Positions 17,504-26,471 of a stretch of DNA of 51,651 nucleotides are shown piece by piece (the first letter of the stretch is position 1; each line of letters starts with the position of its first letter). Under the pieces are notes generated by a model. It had not been told where the DNA came from. It ran no database searches and saw only the letters and a program-made list of their open reading frames with translations. A program made the position numbers and the translations under genes. Location: assembly GCA_015485435.1 (NCBI GenBank), contig WFTO01000400.1, positions 1 to 51,651 of the forward strand. Direction: 5' to 3'. This stretch comes from Anaerolineae bacterium (GTDB lineage Bacteria; Chloroflexota; Anaerolineae; J102).

Positions 17504-18910
17504 CTAGGCCTTGATGAGCGAGCCGCGATATAGCTCGGCGCCGTGCATTACTGAATCCAGACCTTTGTTGATTTCGTCGTCATACTTGCCGGCGATGAGG
17601 TCACGATAAAATTGATAATCGATGCCCTTGACTTTTTCATCGCCTGGGAAGCGATGATAGTTGTCTTTGGACATGAGGCTCTTTCCTTCGGCGATGAGCT
17701 GGTAGCCAAGTGCTGAGCCGGGATAGGGGGCGTAGAAGGAAATGGAGGGCATGACGCGCTTCATGGTTTTGAGCATGCGCATGGTCTTGAACGCATCTTC
17801 TCTGGTTTCGCCAGGAATGCCTAACATGATGTTCGACCAGAAAACCGGCGGCTGTTCACCTTTGGCTTCCAACTCGTCGCCCAGGCGATTCACCAAATCA
17901 ATGACGAAGAAGTTTTCCTCTTCGGTCACTTCTTTGTTCAAAATCTTCAAAACGCGATCGCTTCCCGACTCAAAGCCGATGGAGATGGTTCGCCAATTGG
18001 TTTCTTTCACCAAAGCAATGAATAGCTCTGGCCACTGGACGACGGTGTCGGCTCTGGCCGCGGCCCAATAGGTCCAACGTTTGGTCTTGCGCGGATATTT
18101 TTCCAACCACTCTTCCAGCCAGCTGGGGTTCTGAAAGAACATAGAATCGTGAATCACGACGGAGCCAACGCCATATTTCCTGTCCAGATAGTTGAGCTCG
18201 TCAATGACCATGTCTACGGGCCTGCGTCCCATCAGTGGAATGTAGGAACTCTCATTGCAGAAAACGCACTTCCAGGGGCAAACCCGACTGGTCAGGATAG
18301 TGGCAACCGGACCTGGTCCCCAACCGCATTCGGGTTCCATGGGCCAGCGCCACTTCCAACGACGTTTCATCCGCCATCCTCCCGCGGGCTTGGGCCATAA
18401 TTCGCGGTCGATCATGGGCCACTCGGCCATGCTTTTTGCGCTTTCTCCGGAAAAAATCCTGGGAAAACTCTCGGGGTCTTTCACCAAGTCTACAATGACT
18501 TTCTCGCCCGCGCCCATGCAGATTTTATCGAAAGCTTCCACCGACAGCATCTCTTCGGGGGCGACGGTGGCATGCATGCCGCCAACCAGCACCAAGCCGT
18601 TCGGATTGATCGTTTTGAACAGCTCAGCGGCTTTTTTGGCAGGGGGGAAGGTGTAGCTACGAACATTCATCAACAACATGTCGTAGCCCTGGAGTTTGGG
18701 GGCTAGCTGGCTCCAGGAGGTGACGGTACGTGTGGATGCAAGGTCAGTTAGAATGCCGTTCTGGTGCAGAATCGTCCGCAACAAGCCTAAGCCGTGGTCT
18801 TGCCATTGTTCATGTGGCCCGCCTGGATTGACCAAGTCACCTAGATCGCCCAGATCGAGCCACAGTATATTCGATGTTTGACGCTTTCCCCAGGGGAAGA
18901 AGGTGGCCAT
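17504..18910 (-). CDS. Cobalamin-binding-domain radical SAM protein (subtype III)
   Basis: LVGGMHATV ends the N-terminal domain. SRVCPWKCVFCN motif. I prefer the ATG at 18910, which has GGAGGAA 8 nt upstream, over the TTG at 18928. Confidence 0.85.
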   Translation of the reverse strand: MATFFPWGKRQTSNILWLDLGDLGDLVNPGGPHEQWQDHGLGLLRTILHQNGILTDLASTRTVTSWSQLAPKLQGYDMLLMNVRSYTFPPAKKAAELFKTINPNGLVLVGGMHATVAPEEMLSVEAFDKICMGAGEKVIVDLVKDPESFPRIFSGESAKSMAEWPMIDRELWPKPAGGWRMKRRWKWRWPMEPECGWGPGPVATILTSRVCPWKCVFCNESSYIPLMGRRPVDMVIDELNYLDRKYGVGSVVIHDSMFFQNPSWLEEWLEKYPRKTKRWTYWAAARADTVVQWPELFIALVKETNWRTISIGFESGSDRVLKILNKEVTEEENFFVIDLVNRLGDELEAKGEQPPVFWSNIMLGIPGETREDAFKTMRMLKTMKRVMPSISFYAPYPGSALGYQLIAEGKSLMSKDNYHRFPGDEKVKGIDYQFYRDLIAGKYDDEINKGLDSVMHGAELYRGSLIKA

Positions 18911-18929
18911 TGTTTCAAATTCCTCCAAC

Positions 18930-20087
18930 TTATTGACTGCTGCCTCTCTGGCTATCGTTGGGAATCACCAGTGGGATGGTGGTAGAGCTTGTTTGACCAT
19001 TGGATGAATGGCCGTCACGATCATCTTTCACGTGGATCATCTGTCCCCCGAAGTCATCATCATCGGGCCGATTGCCAAAGGATTCGAACGGTGTCGGCTT
19101 CCACCATGCCCATTCGACGCAGGTGTTGCACGGTGTGATTTCGTCATATCGGCCTTCCAGATGCATTTTTCGTAACGTTTGCATCTTGGGGCCGTTCCAA
19201 TTTTTCATGACCCGAACAACGCCGTCCTCGTCGATGACATTGCCCAAATCGAAATCAAGGTTGAAGTCGCGATCGCACATGGCGATGGAGCCGTCCCAAT
19301 AAATGTGGACATGATACCAAAGGTTGGGACAGGCGTATCGTTTGGGCAATTGCAACTGTTTCTCTGGACGCAGCGCGCTGATTTCTTCGATCTGATCGCC
19401 CCAAGAGTCAAAAGGCTTGATGTGCACCAAATCCACGCCCGGGACCGTCTTCCAATAATTCACAAATGCTTCGGTCTCTTCTCGGGTGTTCTCCATCTCG
19501 ATGATTTGGAGATTCACAAAGGTTTGGTATCCACCCTCATGTTTCATTTCTACGAATCGGCGGATATTGTCATTAGTGCGCTCATAATCCGCGTTCACAC
19601 GAATATTCTCGTACGTCTCCGGACGCATGCCATCCTGGCACAGATAAATCACATTCAAGCCTGCCTCTAGCAACTTCCGGCCCCGCTCCTCGGTGAGCAG
19701 GGTGGCGTTGGTGCTGATCTCTGATCGCAAACCTTTTTCGGTGCAATAGGCGACCATATCGTAAATGCGAGGATGCAGCAAGGGCTCTCCCCAGATATGA
19801 AGCGTGGTCGCCTTCACCAAGGGGGCCATTTCATCGACAATCTGTTTGAAAACCTCCCATTTCATGTATCCATTGACGCGCGTAATTTCACCCCGACCCG
19901 TAGGACACATGATGCAACGCAGGTTGCAAATGTTGGTGGATTCGATATACATGCGGTCGGGCGGAGGCACATATTTGGTTTGACCTGTTTCATAGGCCAG
20001 ATACTTGACAGGCCCCAGGGCTTTGTTCCGATAGATTTTGGTTTTGTTGCGAAGTTTTTCGCGGAAGGTCAACGAGCGTTTGGTCAT
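18930..20087 (-). CDS. Radical SAM/SPASM-domain protein with an acidic/Ser-rich C-terminal tail
   Basis: NICNLRCIMCP and WGEPLL motifs. SPASM-like YACPNLW...GSIAMCDRD...ITPCNTCVEW. Its stop is followed immediately by the RBS of the next gene. Confidence 0.85.
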   Translation of the reverse strand: MTKRSLTFREKLRNKTKIYRNKALGPVKYLAYETGQTKYVPPPDRMYIESTNICNLRCIMCPTGRGEITRVNGYMKWEVFKQIVDEMAPLVKATTLHIWGEPLLHPRIYDMVAYCTEKGLRSEISTNATLLTEERGRKLLEAGLNVIYLCQDGMRPETYENIRVNADYERTNDNIRRFVEMKHEGGYQTFVNLQIIEMENTREETEAFVNYWKTVPGVDLVHIKPFDSWGDQIEEISALRPEKQLQLPKRYACPNLWYHVHIYWDGSIAMCDRDFNLDFDLGNVIDEDGVVRVMKNWNGPKMQTLRKMHLEGRYDEITPCNTCVEWAWWKPTPFESFGNRPDDDDFGGQMIHVKDDRDGHSSNGQTSSTTIPLVIPNDSQRGSSQ

Positions 20088-20137
20088 AAAATGGAAAGGC
20101 GGAAGGGGATGAGCGTGGTTTTGAAGGGGTGTTGTGG

Positions 20138-21610
20138 TTATGACCAGGAGACCGAGCCGAATAGTTCGCCCTTAGTGCGCTGGAATTTCTTAAATAGCCC
20201 AGCATGGGTTAAGGCGCTGCCGATTTTTCGCACGGGCGTGATCTGAGCCACATTCCACAGCAGGTCACCGGCGGTGGGCCCGAAGCTCTCGCGATAGATC
20301 CGACGTTTTTTAGCCTCGATAAAGCGCTGACGAGCTTCTATCGCTTTTTGGCTGAGAACGTGATCAGGCACGTCGGAGACATTCATAAAGGGAGCAATGG
20401 ATGATTGATAGCTGTTATAGTAATAACTCTTCGTAAAGTCGGCATTGTACACCAGATCTGGATGCCGCCGTAAAAGTTCACTCCAAAGTTGCGTGCCGGG
20501 GAAAGGCGTGGCAATGGAGAACATCGCCTCGGTTAAAGGCAGACTGGCCGCGAATTCAATGGTCTCTTCGATCGTTTCTTCGGTGTCGCCGGGCAGACCT
20601 AAAATGAAGTACCCCTTGGCGCGAATGCCCGCGGCCTCTGTCCAGGTAACGGCGTCTCGAACGCGTTTCAAATCGATGTGTTTGGCGGTTCGCTTCAGCA
20701 CGTCTTCATTGCCGCTTTCGATGCCATAATGGATTTCTCGACATCCAGCCTGATACATTTTGCCCAATAATTCAGGCGTAACTCGATCGACGCGCGCCAG
20801 ACATTGCCAGCGAATATCCATCTTGCGCTCGATGAAGTGATCCAAAATTTTATCCAACCGACGAACATCGATGGTGAACAGGTCATCGATAAAGTAAAAA
20901 TTACGCACGCCATAGGTTTTCATTAGGTGTTCCAGTTCATCGGCGATGTTTTCAGGGCTGCGTTGACGATAGGTGCGGCCTACAATACCTTTGAAGCAAA
21001 AAGAACAGTTATAAGGACACCCACGACTGCTTAGCACCGTCAGCATTTGCTCCCCGGTTGGCGCGTACAATGGGTAGTCATCCAGTTGGAAAAGGTGGCG
21101 CGCGGGATAAGGCAATGCATCCAGATCTTTGATGAGCGCGCGTTGGGGATTGTTCAAAATACGCCCATCTTGCTTATACCATAGCCCCTGAAAGCCATCC
21201 CAACGATCATTATGGTTCTCCAGGGCGCGGAGGAATTCGATGAAAGTCTCTTCACCTTCACCGTAGATAAGATAATCGATGTGTGGGTTGTTCAACGTTT
21301 CATTGGGCAGGGAGGTCGCGTGCGGCCCACCGATGAGCACGGGAACGCCTAGGGCGTCTTTCAGCATGGCGCTGGCTATCTCAACGCTGGCGTAGCTGGT
21401 GGTCATGGATGTGAAGGCCACCAGATCTGGTTTGAAATCGATGACGTCCTGGACTTCATCTTCAAGGGGGCGACAGGGCTTTAACCCGAAATCGAAGATG
21501 GCCACCTCATGACCATCCTGTTCGGCTACAGCAGCAAGATAGCCCAACCCGAGGGAAGGATAGGCATTGACGAGTTCATTCCATTTCGGGCCGATGAGTG
21601 CGACTTTCAT
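20138..21610 (-). CDS. Cobalamin-binding-domain radical SAM protein (subtype I)
   Basis: GLGYLAAVA...LIGGPHATS followed by SRGCPYNCSFCF. GGAGGA lies 6 nt upstream of the ATG at 21610; the ATG at 21616 abuts the RBS. Confidence 0.9.
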   Translation of the reverse strand: MKVALIGPKWNELVNAYPSLGLGYLAAVAEQDGHEVAIFDFGLKPCRPLEDEVQDVIDFKPDLVAFTSMTTSYASVEIASAMLKDALGVPVLIGGPHATSLPNETLNNPHIDYLIYGEGEETFIEFLRALENHNDRWDGFQGLWYKQDGRILNNPQRALIKDLDALPYPARHLFQLDDYPLYAPTGEQMLTVLSSRGCPYNCSFCFKGIVGRTYRQRSPENIADELEHLMKTYGVRNFYFIDDLFTIDVRRLDKILDHFIERKMDIRWQCLARVDRVTPELLGKMYQAGCREIHYGIESGNEDVLKRTAKHIDLKRVRDAVTWTEAAGIRAKGYFILGLPGDTEETIEETIEFAASLPLTEAMFSIATPFPGTQLWSELLRRHPDLVYNADFTKSYYYNSYQSSIAPFMNVSDVPDHVLSQKAIEARQRFIEAKKRRIYRESFGPTAGDLLWNVAQITPVRKIGSALTHAGLFKKFQRTKGELFGSVSWS

Positions 21611-21673
21611 CCGCATTCCTCCAATAGTTGAATTAGTGTGTGGGTGGAGTCAGTGCATCTTTGTCCCCAGTCT

Positions 21674-21744
21674 ATCATGAGAAGATGAAAGAAAACTGAA
21701 TTTGTTGAAGGTTGGTGATGTGAAATCTTTCATCTTCCCATGAT
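21674..21744 (-). promoter_or_regulatory. Long intercistronic stem-loop (18-bp stem, 35-nt loop) between two radical-SAM genes
   Basis: Arms at 21674-21691 (ATCATGAGAAGATGAAAG) and 21727-21744 (CTTTCATCTTCCCATGAT). The single non-Watson-Crick position is G-U in the minus-strand (sense) RNA and A-C in the antisense. Confidence 0.5.
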
Positions 21745-21758
21745 CGCCGGGCATCAGA

Positions 21759-23261
21759 TCAAGAAAGCGCTTGGGCTTCCATCTGTTTGCGCAAGCCGGT
21801 CTTTTCTTTTTTCGGCAAGAATGTGCGCATAGCGATTCGCAGGTTCCGGGGGAGGTTCACCCAGAAATCCTTTTGCTTCACCCGACGCCAGATAGGACCT
21901 GGGCGCAAATAGAATTGCCTGTAAGCCCGTCGATACATTTCTTCCATGAGTTCGGCCGTCAGATCGCCCATCTCGAAACGGGCCTTTTGTTCAAAGAATA
22001 CATAATCTTCCCAATCTTCGATCAAAAGGCGACCATGGCGTTTGACCTGCTCCCATACGGCCGTGCCTGGGTAGGGGGTCATCATGCTGAAGTTGGCGAT
22101 GAGGGGGTCTAATTCGATGGCGAAATTGATGGTGTCCTGCATGGTTTCACGGGTGTCGCCAGGCAAGCCGATGATCATGAAGGCTATGGTCTCGATGCCC
22201 GCCTCTTTGGTGATCTTGAAGGCTTCGCGAATAGTGTCAAGGTCGATGCGCTTATCGATGGTTTTCAACAGTTCTGGATTGCCCGTTTCTACGCCAAACG
22301 CTGTACGCTTGAGCCCGGCTTTCTTCAACTTGAACATCAGCTCTCGATCGACCAGATTGGCGCGAATGCCATTGACGAAGATCCAGGGGACGTGATTCAG
22401 CTCCCGCTCGATAAGGAGGTCTGCAATCTGATGCAATCGTTTCTTGCGGATGTTGGCGCTGTCATCCAGCACGCCAATCTCCTGAGCCCCCATGTTTTTC
22501 ACCAGGTGCTCCCACTCGGCAATCACATTCTCGGGCGTGCGGCTACGCCATTTGACCGGCATAATGGATTGGGAACAGAAGGTGCAACGGTATGGACAGC
22601 CGCGGCTCGTGAGAATGCTGAAACTTTTGGATCCATCCACCGCATCGGTGGCGGGCTGCAAGTTTGTGTACTTTTCCATCTTGAAAAGATGGTAAGCTGG
22701 CCACGGCAAGCTGTCGAGATCGGCAATGGCGGGGCGATCCGGGTTGCGATGCAGCTCCCCATCCGATGTTTTGTACGTAATGCCCAGGACATCTTTCCAA
22801 AGGCCTTTGGCTGGGTCCATCAACGCCTGGGTGGAAAAGGTCGGATAGTGACGTAGAAAATCCTCGACTTTCTCAGAAATTTCGATCCAGGTTTCTTCGC
22901 CTTCGCCCCGAACCACAATATCGATGGGACCCTGGGTCAAAGATTCATAATCCAAATCTTCGGAGACCACGCTGGGGTGCGGTCCGCCAATGACGATGGG
23001 CACATCCCACACTTTTTTGATTTCGATGGCATGTCGCCATGCCTGCTTTACCTGTGGCGTGTTGGCGGTGATGCCGATGAGATGAGGCTTGTATTCAAGG
23101 ACAAACTCACTCAGAGGTTGTTCCTCGACGTCGGCATCGAAGACAATGACTTCGTCGCCACGTTCTTCGGAGATCGCGCCGAGATAAGCTAAGCCCAAGT
23201 GCGGGCTGGTGCGAGTGTCGATAGGAAGCCGGAAGCGGGGATTGATCAATAGAACACGCAT
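21759..23261 (-). CDS. Cobalamin-binding-domain radical SAM protein (subtype I), first gene of the array
   Basis: MRVLLINPRF...GLAYLGAIS...VIGGPHPSV followed by SRGCPYRCTFCS. Start moved to the internal ATG at 23261; the 28 upstream residues of the ORF call have no counterpart in the paralogues. Confidence 0.88.
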   Translation of the reverse strand: MRVLLINPRFRLPIDTRTSPHLGLAYLGAISEERGDEVIVFDADVEEQPLSEFVLEYKPHLIGITANTPQVKQAWRHAIEIKKVWDVPIVIGGPHPSVVSEDLDYESLTQGPIDIVVRGEGEETWIEISEKVEDFLRHYPTFSTQALMDPAKGLWKDVLGITYKTSDGELHRNPDRPAIADLDSLPWPAYHLFKMEKYTNLQPATDAVDGSKSFSILTSRGCPYRCTFCSQSIMPVKWRSRTPENVIAEWEHLVKNMGAQEIGVLDDSANIRKKRLHQIADLLIERELNHVPWIFVNGIRANLVDRELMFKLKKAGLKRTAFGVETGNPELLKTIDKRIDLDTIREAFKITKEAGIETIAFMIIGLPGDTRETMQDTINFAIELDPLIANFSMMTPYPGTAVWEQVKRHGRLLIEDWEDYVFFEQKARFEMGDLTAELMEEMYRRAYRQFYLRPGPIWRRVKQKDFWVNLPRNLRIAMRTFLPKKEKTGLRKQMEAQALS

Positions 23262-23498
23262 AGACGTGAAACCTCTCAATGTGTTGGTTGGGGGCAGTAA
23301 TTCGAAAGATAAACGATGATAAGTTTTCTGAAAGGACAAGGACAAACCGACCGGTCACGAAGTTTTTCTATGCACAAACGCAAGATTCCATCACCGATCA
23401 TTCGTTTCATTTTCTGGCAAACAGCCATTTTACTGTAAATCAGCCAAATGGCCCAGTAAAATGCGTTGAAATTATAGGCGCAGTCCCGATAGATGTCA

Positions 23499-23526
23499 AA
23501 TTTTTATGAAAGAGTTCATAAAAATT
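23499..23526. promoter_or_regulatory. Perfect 12-bp inverted repeat AATTTTTATGAA-AGAG-TTCATAAAAATT in the divergent intergenic region
   Basis: Read directly from the sequence. It lies between the radical-SAM array start (23261, minus) and the methyltransferase start (23594, plus). Confidence 0.4.
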
Positions 23527-23593
23527 ATCTGGTTGTGGCGTCTTGTCAGCGGGGAGGACCATTTTTTCATCGGTGGGTGGAGGTTATGGCATA

Positions 23594-24355
23594 ATGCTAG
23601 CTATGGAGCTTCAACAGGCAGATCTAGATTATTTCGCTCGAGGTGAATGGCAGAACCCGCAATTCTGGCGTCGATTTGGCGGGCGCCCCGATTTTACCGA
23701 TACGCATGTGTTGGATGTTGGTTGTGGGCATGGCAGCATGGTCATTGATGTGGCGCGCGCAGGGGCCCGGCAAGTCGTGGGATTGGATCTGAATTGTCGA
23801 TTAATAGCATTCGCCCAAGCCAACCTACTTCAACATCATGCCGATGTCGCCAACAAGGTGACGTTCCTGTGCCAGGATCTAAAAGATTACCCCAAGGATG
23901 CGGTTTTTGATTATATGATTTCTAAGGATAGCTTTGAGCACATTCTAGACCTGCCCGGCATGCTGGCGGAGATGAAAAAACGGCTGAAGCCGGGTGGGCG
24001 CATTTATGCAGGATTCGGCCCCCTCTACAACAGTCCCCTGGGGGATCATGGGTATTCTCAATCGCGATTGCCGTGGCGTCACCTCATGTTGGGTGAGAAG
24101 GCGTTGGTCGCCCGGGTTCAAGCGCGTTGGCCTCATGCGCAGATCGACAGCCTTCACGATCTCGGTCTGAATGGCCTGGCCCTGGCGGATTATGAACGGA
24201 TTTTTGCTGAATCGGGACTACGGATCATCTCATTCCAAACCAACCGTAGCGAAAAACTCCTTTCCCGGATACTTTCTCTGCCGGCACACATCCCCTTTCT
24301 CCGAGAATTATTCACCTTTAACGTGTACGTCATTTTGGAAAAGCCGTCATCCTAA
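23594..24355 (+). CDS. Class I SAM-dependent methyltransferase
   Basis: Motif I VLDVGCGHG and post-I VVGLDL. KPGGRIY. GGTGGAGG RBS upstream of the ATG at 23594. The ORF call starts at a TTG at 23543. Confidence 0.85.
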   Translation: MLAMELQQADLDYFARGEWQNPQFWRRFGGRPDFTDTHVLDVGCGHGSMVIDVARAGARQVVGLDLNCRLIAFAQANLLQHHADVANKVTFLCQDLKDYPKDAVFDYMISKDSFEHILDLPGMLAEMKKRLKPGGRIYAGFGPLYNSPLGDHGYSQSRLPWRHLMLGEKALVARVQARWPHAQIDSLHDLGLNGLALADYERIFAESGLRIISFQTNRSEKLLSRILSLPAHIPFLRELFTFNVYVILEKPSS

Positions 24356-24443
24356 AATCCCATAAAAGCAGAAGCGCCTGGAGGATACATCCATCTCGTT
24401 GCGGTGACTTTTTCGCCTCACAACATGACTGCAGATGGGGCTT

Positions 24444-24899
24444 TTATGGTGCCCTTTTTGCTAAAAATGCACGGATTTCAAGATGCAGGGTGGTTTCGGG
24501 CGGGGTATAGGGACGCAACGGCGTCGATCGCGCCTTTGTAATGGCCGCTGACAAATCTTCCAGGTGAAAACAGGGGATCAAATAGCCTTCTGCTCCGAAG
24601 CGTTTGATGATTTGCTCCTGGTGTTTGTCGAAACGGTCGGGGTTAGGAACGCTAATCAAAGGAACGCCCGCGTAAAGCACCTCTACGGTCGTGCCAAAGC
24701 CGCCATGTGCAATGACGATGCTGGCATTTCGAATGTATTCGGTAATGTCTGGCAGGAATCGGAACCATTCGCCATGTGTGGGCTCATACAGCCCCTGTCC
24801 AATCTGAAATACGACCGACTCATCCAACGTGGGCGCCAACGTATCCACCGCCCTTACCAGGTCATCGAATTCGGTAGTGCCCACCGTGCAGAAGATCAT
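24444..24899 (-). CDS. Alg13-like / GT28 C-terminal-domain glycosyltransferase subunit (PssE/Cps14G-like)
   Basis: MIFCTVGTTEFDDLV...IAHGGFGTTVEVL. ATGA overlap with the upstream Alg14-like gene. Confidence 0.8.
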   Translation of the reverse strand: MIFCTVGTTEFDDLVRAVDTLAPTLDESVVFQIGQGLYEPTHGEWFRFLPDITEYIRNASIVIAHGGFGTTVEVLYAGVPLISVPNPDRFDKHQEQIIKRFGAEGYLIPCFHLEDLSAAITKARSTPLRPYTPPETTLHLEIRAFLAKRAP

Positions 24900-25438
24900 A
24901 GCAGCCTCCCAGCAAAGCGGGCGCGCGGGTACTTCTCTGCCAGAGATTGCCATTGCACATAGAATCGATCATACAAATGAAGATAATAAATAATGCGCGC
25001 CGTAAAGCTAAGGAATTCAATCTTCGACGCAGTCTCGATGAAGATGTGAGGGACCCCGCGCAGTTTGGCCACAAGTGCGATGGGAATTTGCAAACTAGGG
25101 CCGGCGCCAACCACAAGATCTGGTTGGGTCTGATCGAGAATCCGCCACGCGGTGATGATGGCCCCTGGCATTTTACGCATTACAGCCCAAGGGCCCTCGG
25201 TGCGCCCATGTTTTTTTTCTCGAGGCTGTTTGATACGAAACACCGGCCCAGGCACGCGTATTTTCGTTTCAGAAACGACATCATAATCGGGCACCACGTA
25301 ACAATAATCAAACTCTGGGCCTAACAGATCCACCAGCCGCAGCATTTGCTTGGTATGTCCGCCCGCGCCCAATACAATCAGCAATCGCTGACGGCCACGT
25401 GCATCCATACCTGGTTCAGAGGGCCCTTTTGCCGCCAT
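24896..25438 (-). CDS. Alg14-like glycosyltransferase partner subunit (PssD/Cps14F-like)
   Basis: LLIVLGAGGHTKQMLRLV motif. Start trimmed to the ATG at 25438 (25408 is also possible), because the long ORF call overlaps the upstream gene by more than 200 nt. Confidence 0.75.
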   Translation of the reverse strand: MAAKGPSEPGMDARGRQRLLIVLGAGGHTKQMLRLVDLLGPEFDYCYVVPDYDVVSETKIRVPGPVFRIKQPREKKHGRTEGPWAVMRKMPGAIITAWRILDQTQPDLVVGAGPSLQIPIALVAKLRGVPHIFIETASKIEFLSFTARIIYYLHLYDRFYVQWQSLAEKYPRARFAGRLL

Positions 25439-26471
25439 GATTGTCGTACCGGGCTGGAACAGGAGTGTAAGGCGGCAACGACACAATCTGGCGCTCTCGG
25501 CTGGCCCGAAGCACCTGTTCGGCCAGAAACACCGCGCGCAACCCCTCTTCGCCATTGACCAAGCCATTATATCCCTGTCGAATCGCTTCGACGAAGGTTT
25601 CGAGTTCAGCCCGTAATGGTTCCACTCGCGGGATCTCATACTTTGTTACGGCGCCTTCGGTGACCCCCACCGTGACCAGGCCAAGCCAATGATCTTGGGC
25701 CGAACGATTTTCATAAAACCAAAGCTCCTGGGTGAGATAGTTCACCAGAAACATGCCTCGCTCTCCTAACACCGACAGCTCGCGAATCTTGGTAGGGGTC
25801 AGCCAATTGATGTCCATCATGCCAACGACGCCATCATCAAAGCGTAAAATGCTAGACACCATATCTTCGTGGCTGTCATGCAAGGTCTGTTTGACCTGTG
25901 CGGCAATGGTGCGAATGCCGGCGCCAGTCAGATATTCCATAATATTCAATTCATGAGTGGCCAGATCAAACACGACTCCTACATCCTTAACGCGTGGGGG
26001 GAATGGGCCAATGCGACGGGCGTGGATTTGATAAATCTGCCCCAGCTGGCCAGCATCCAACCGCTCTTTGAGTGCAATCACGGCGGGATTAAAGCGTTCG
26101 ATATGCCCCACGCCTAATAAGACGCCATGCTCATGGCTGGCTGCGATCATATCTTGGGCCGCGGCCACCGAGTCAGCCATGGGTTTTTCGACAAACGTAT
26201 GGATTCCAGCAGCCATTGCGTCTTTGGCAGCGCGTTGATGCAAATGTGTCGGCAAGGCAATGGTGACCACGTCCAGCGCCTCTTTTTCGATCATTTCATG
26301 ATAGTCGCTATAAGGACGCGCTTTGTAGGTGCGAGAAACGCGCTCACGTAAGGCCGGGTCTAAGTCGGCAATCGCGACGAGGGTTGTTTGGGGCATACGG
26401 GCATATACACGGGCGTGGTTTGCGCCCATTGAGCCCACGCCTATAACTGCTGCACGGAGAGGCTTTGTCAA
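25416..26471 (-). CDS. Gfo/Idh/MocA-family NAD-dependent sugar oxidoreductase (WbpB-like)
   Basis: Rossmann motif AAVIGVGSMGANHARVY and the VEKPMA motif. TTG start with GAGGTG 6 nt upstream. Confidence 0.85.
   Translation of the reverse strand: MTKPLRAAVIGVGSMGANHARVYARMPQTTLVAIADLDPALRERVSRTYKARPYSDYHEMIEKEALDVVTIALPTHLHQRAAKDAMAAGIHTFVEKPMADSVAAAQDMIAASHEHGVLLGVGHIERFNPAVIALKERLDAGQLGQIYQIHARRIGPFPPRVKDVGVVFDLATHELNIMEYLTGAGIRTIAAQVKQTLHDSHEDMVSSILRFDDGVVGMMDINWLTPTKIRELSVLGERGMFLVNYLTQELWFYENRSAQDHWLGLVTVGVTEGAVTKYEIPRVEPLRAELETFVEAIRQGYNGLVNGEEGLRAVFLAEQVLRASRERQIVSLPPYTPVPARYDNHGGKRAL

Noticed and set aside
21650-21754. 34-codon minus-strand ORF (MPGDHGKMKDFTSPTFNKFSFLSSSHDRLGTKMH) starting 4 nt after the stop of the first rSAM gene
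   Set aside because: It has no convincing RBS, and it coincides almost exactly with the 18-bp stem-loop at 21674-21744. The RNA structure is the simpler explanation.
11497-23345. Calling the radical-SAM array a RiPP (proteusin-like) biosynthetic gene cluster
   Set aside because: There is no NHLP/Nif11-type or other recognisable leader-core precursor, no leader peptidase, no RRE/PqqD-like domain that I can see, and no exporter. The 68-aa ORF lacks Cys and Gly-Gly features. I keep this only as one alternative hypothesis.
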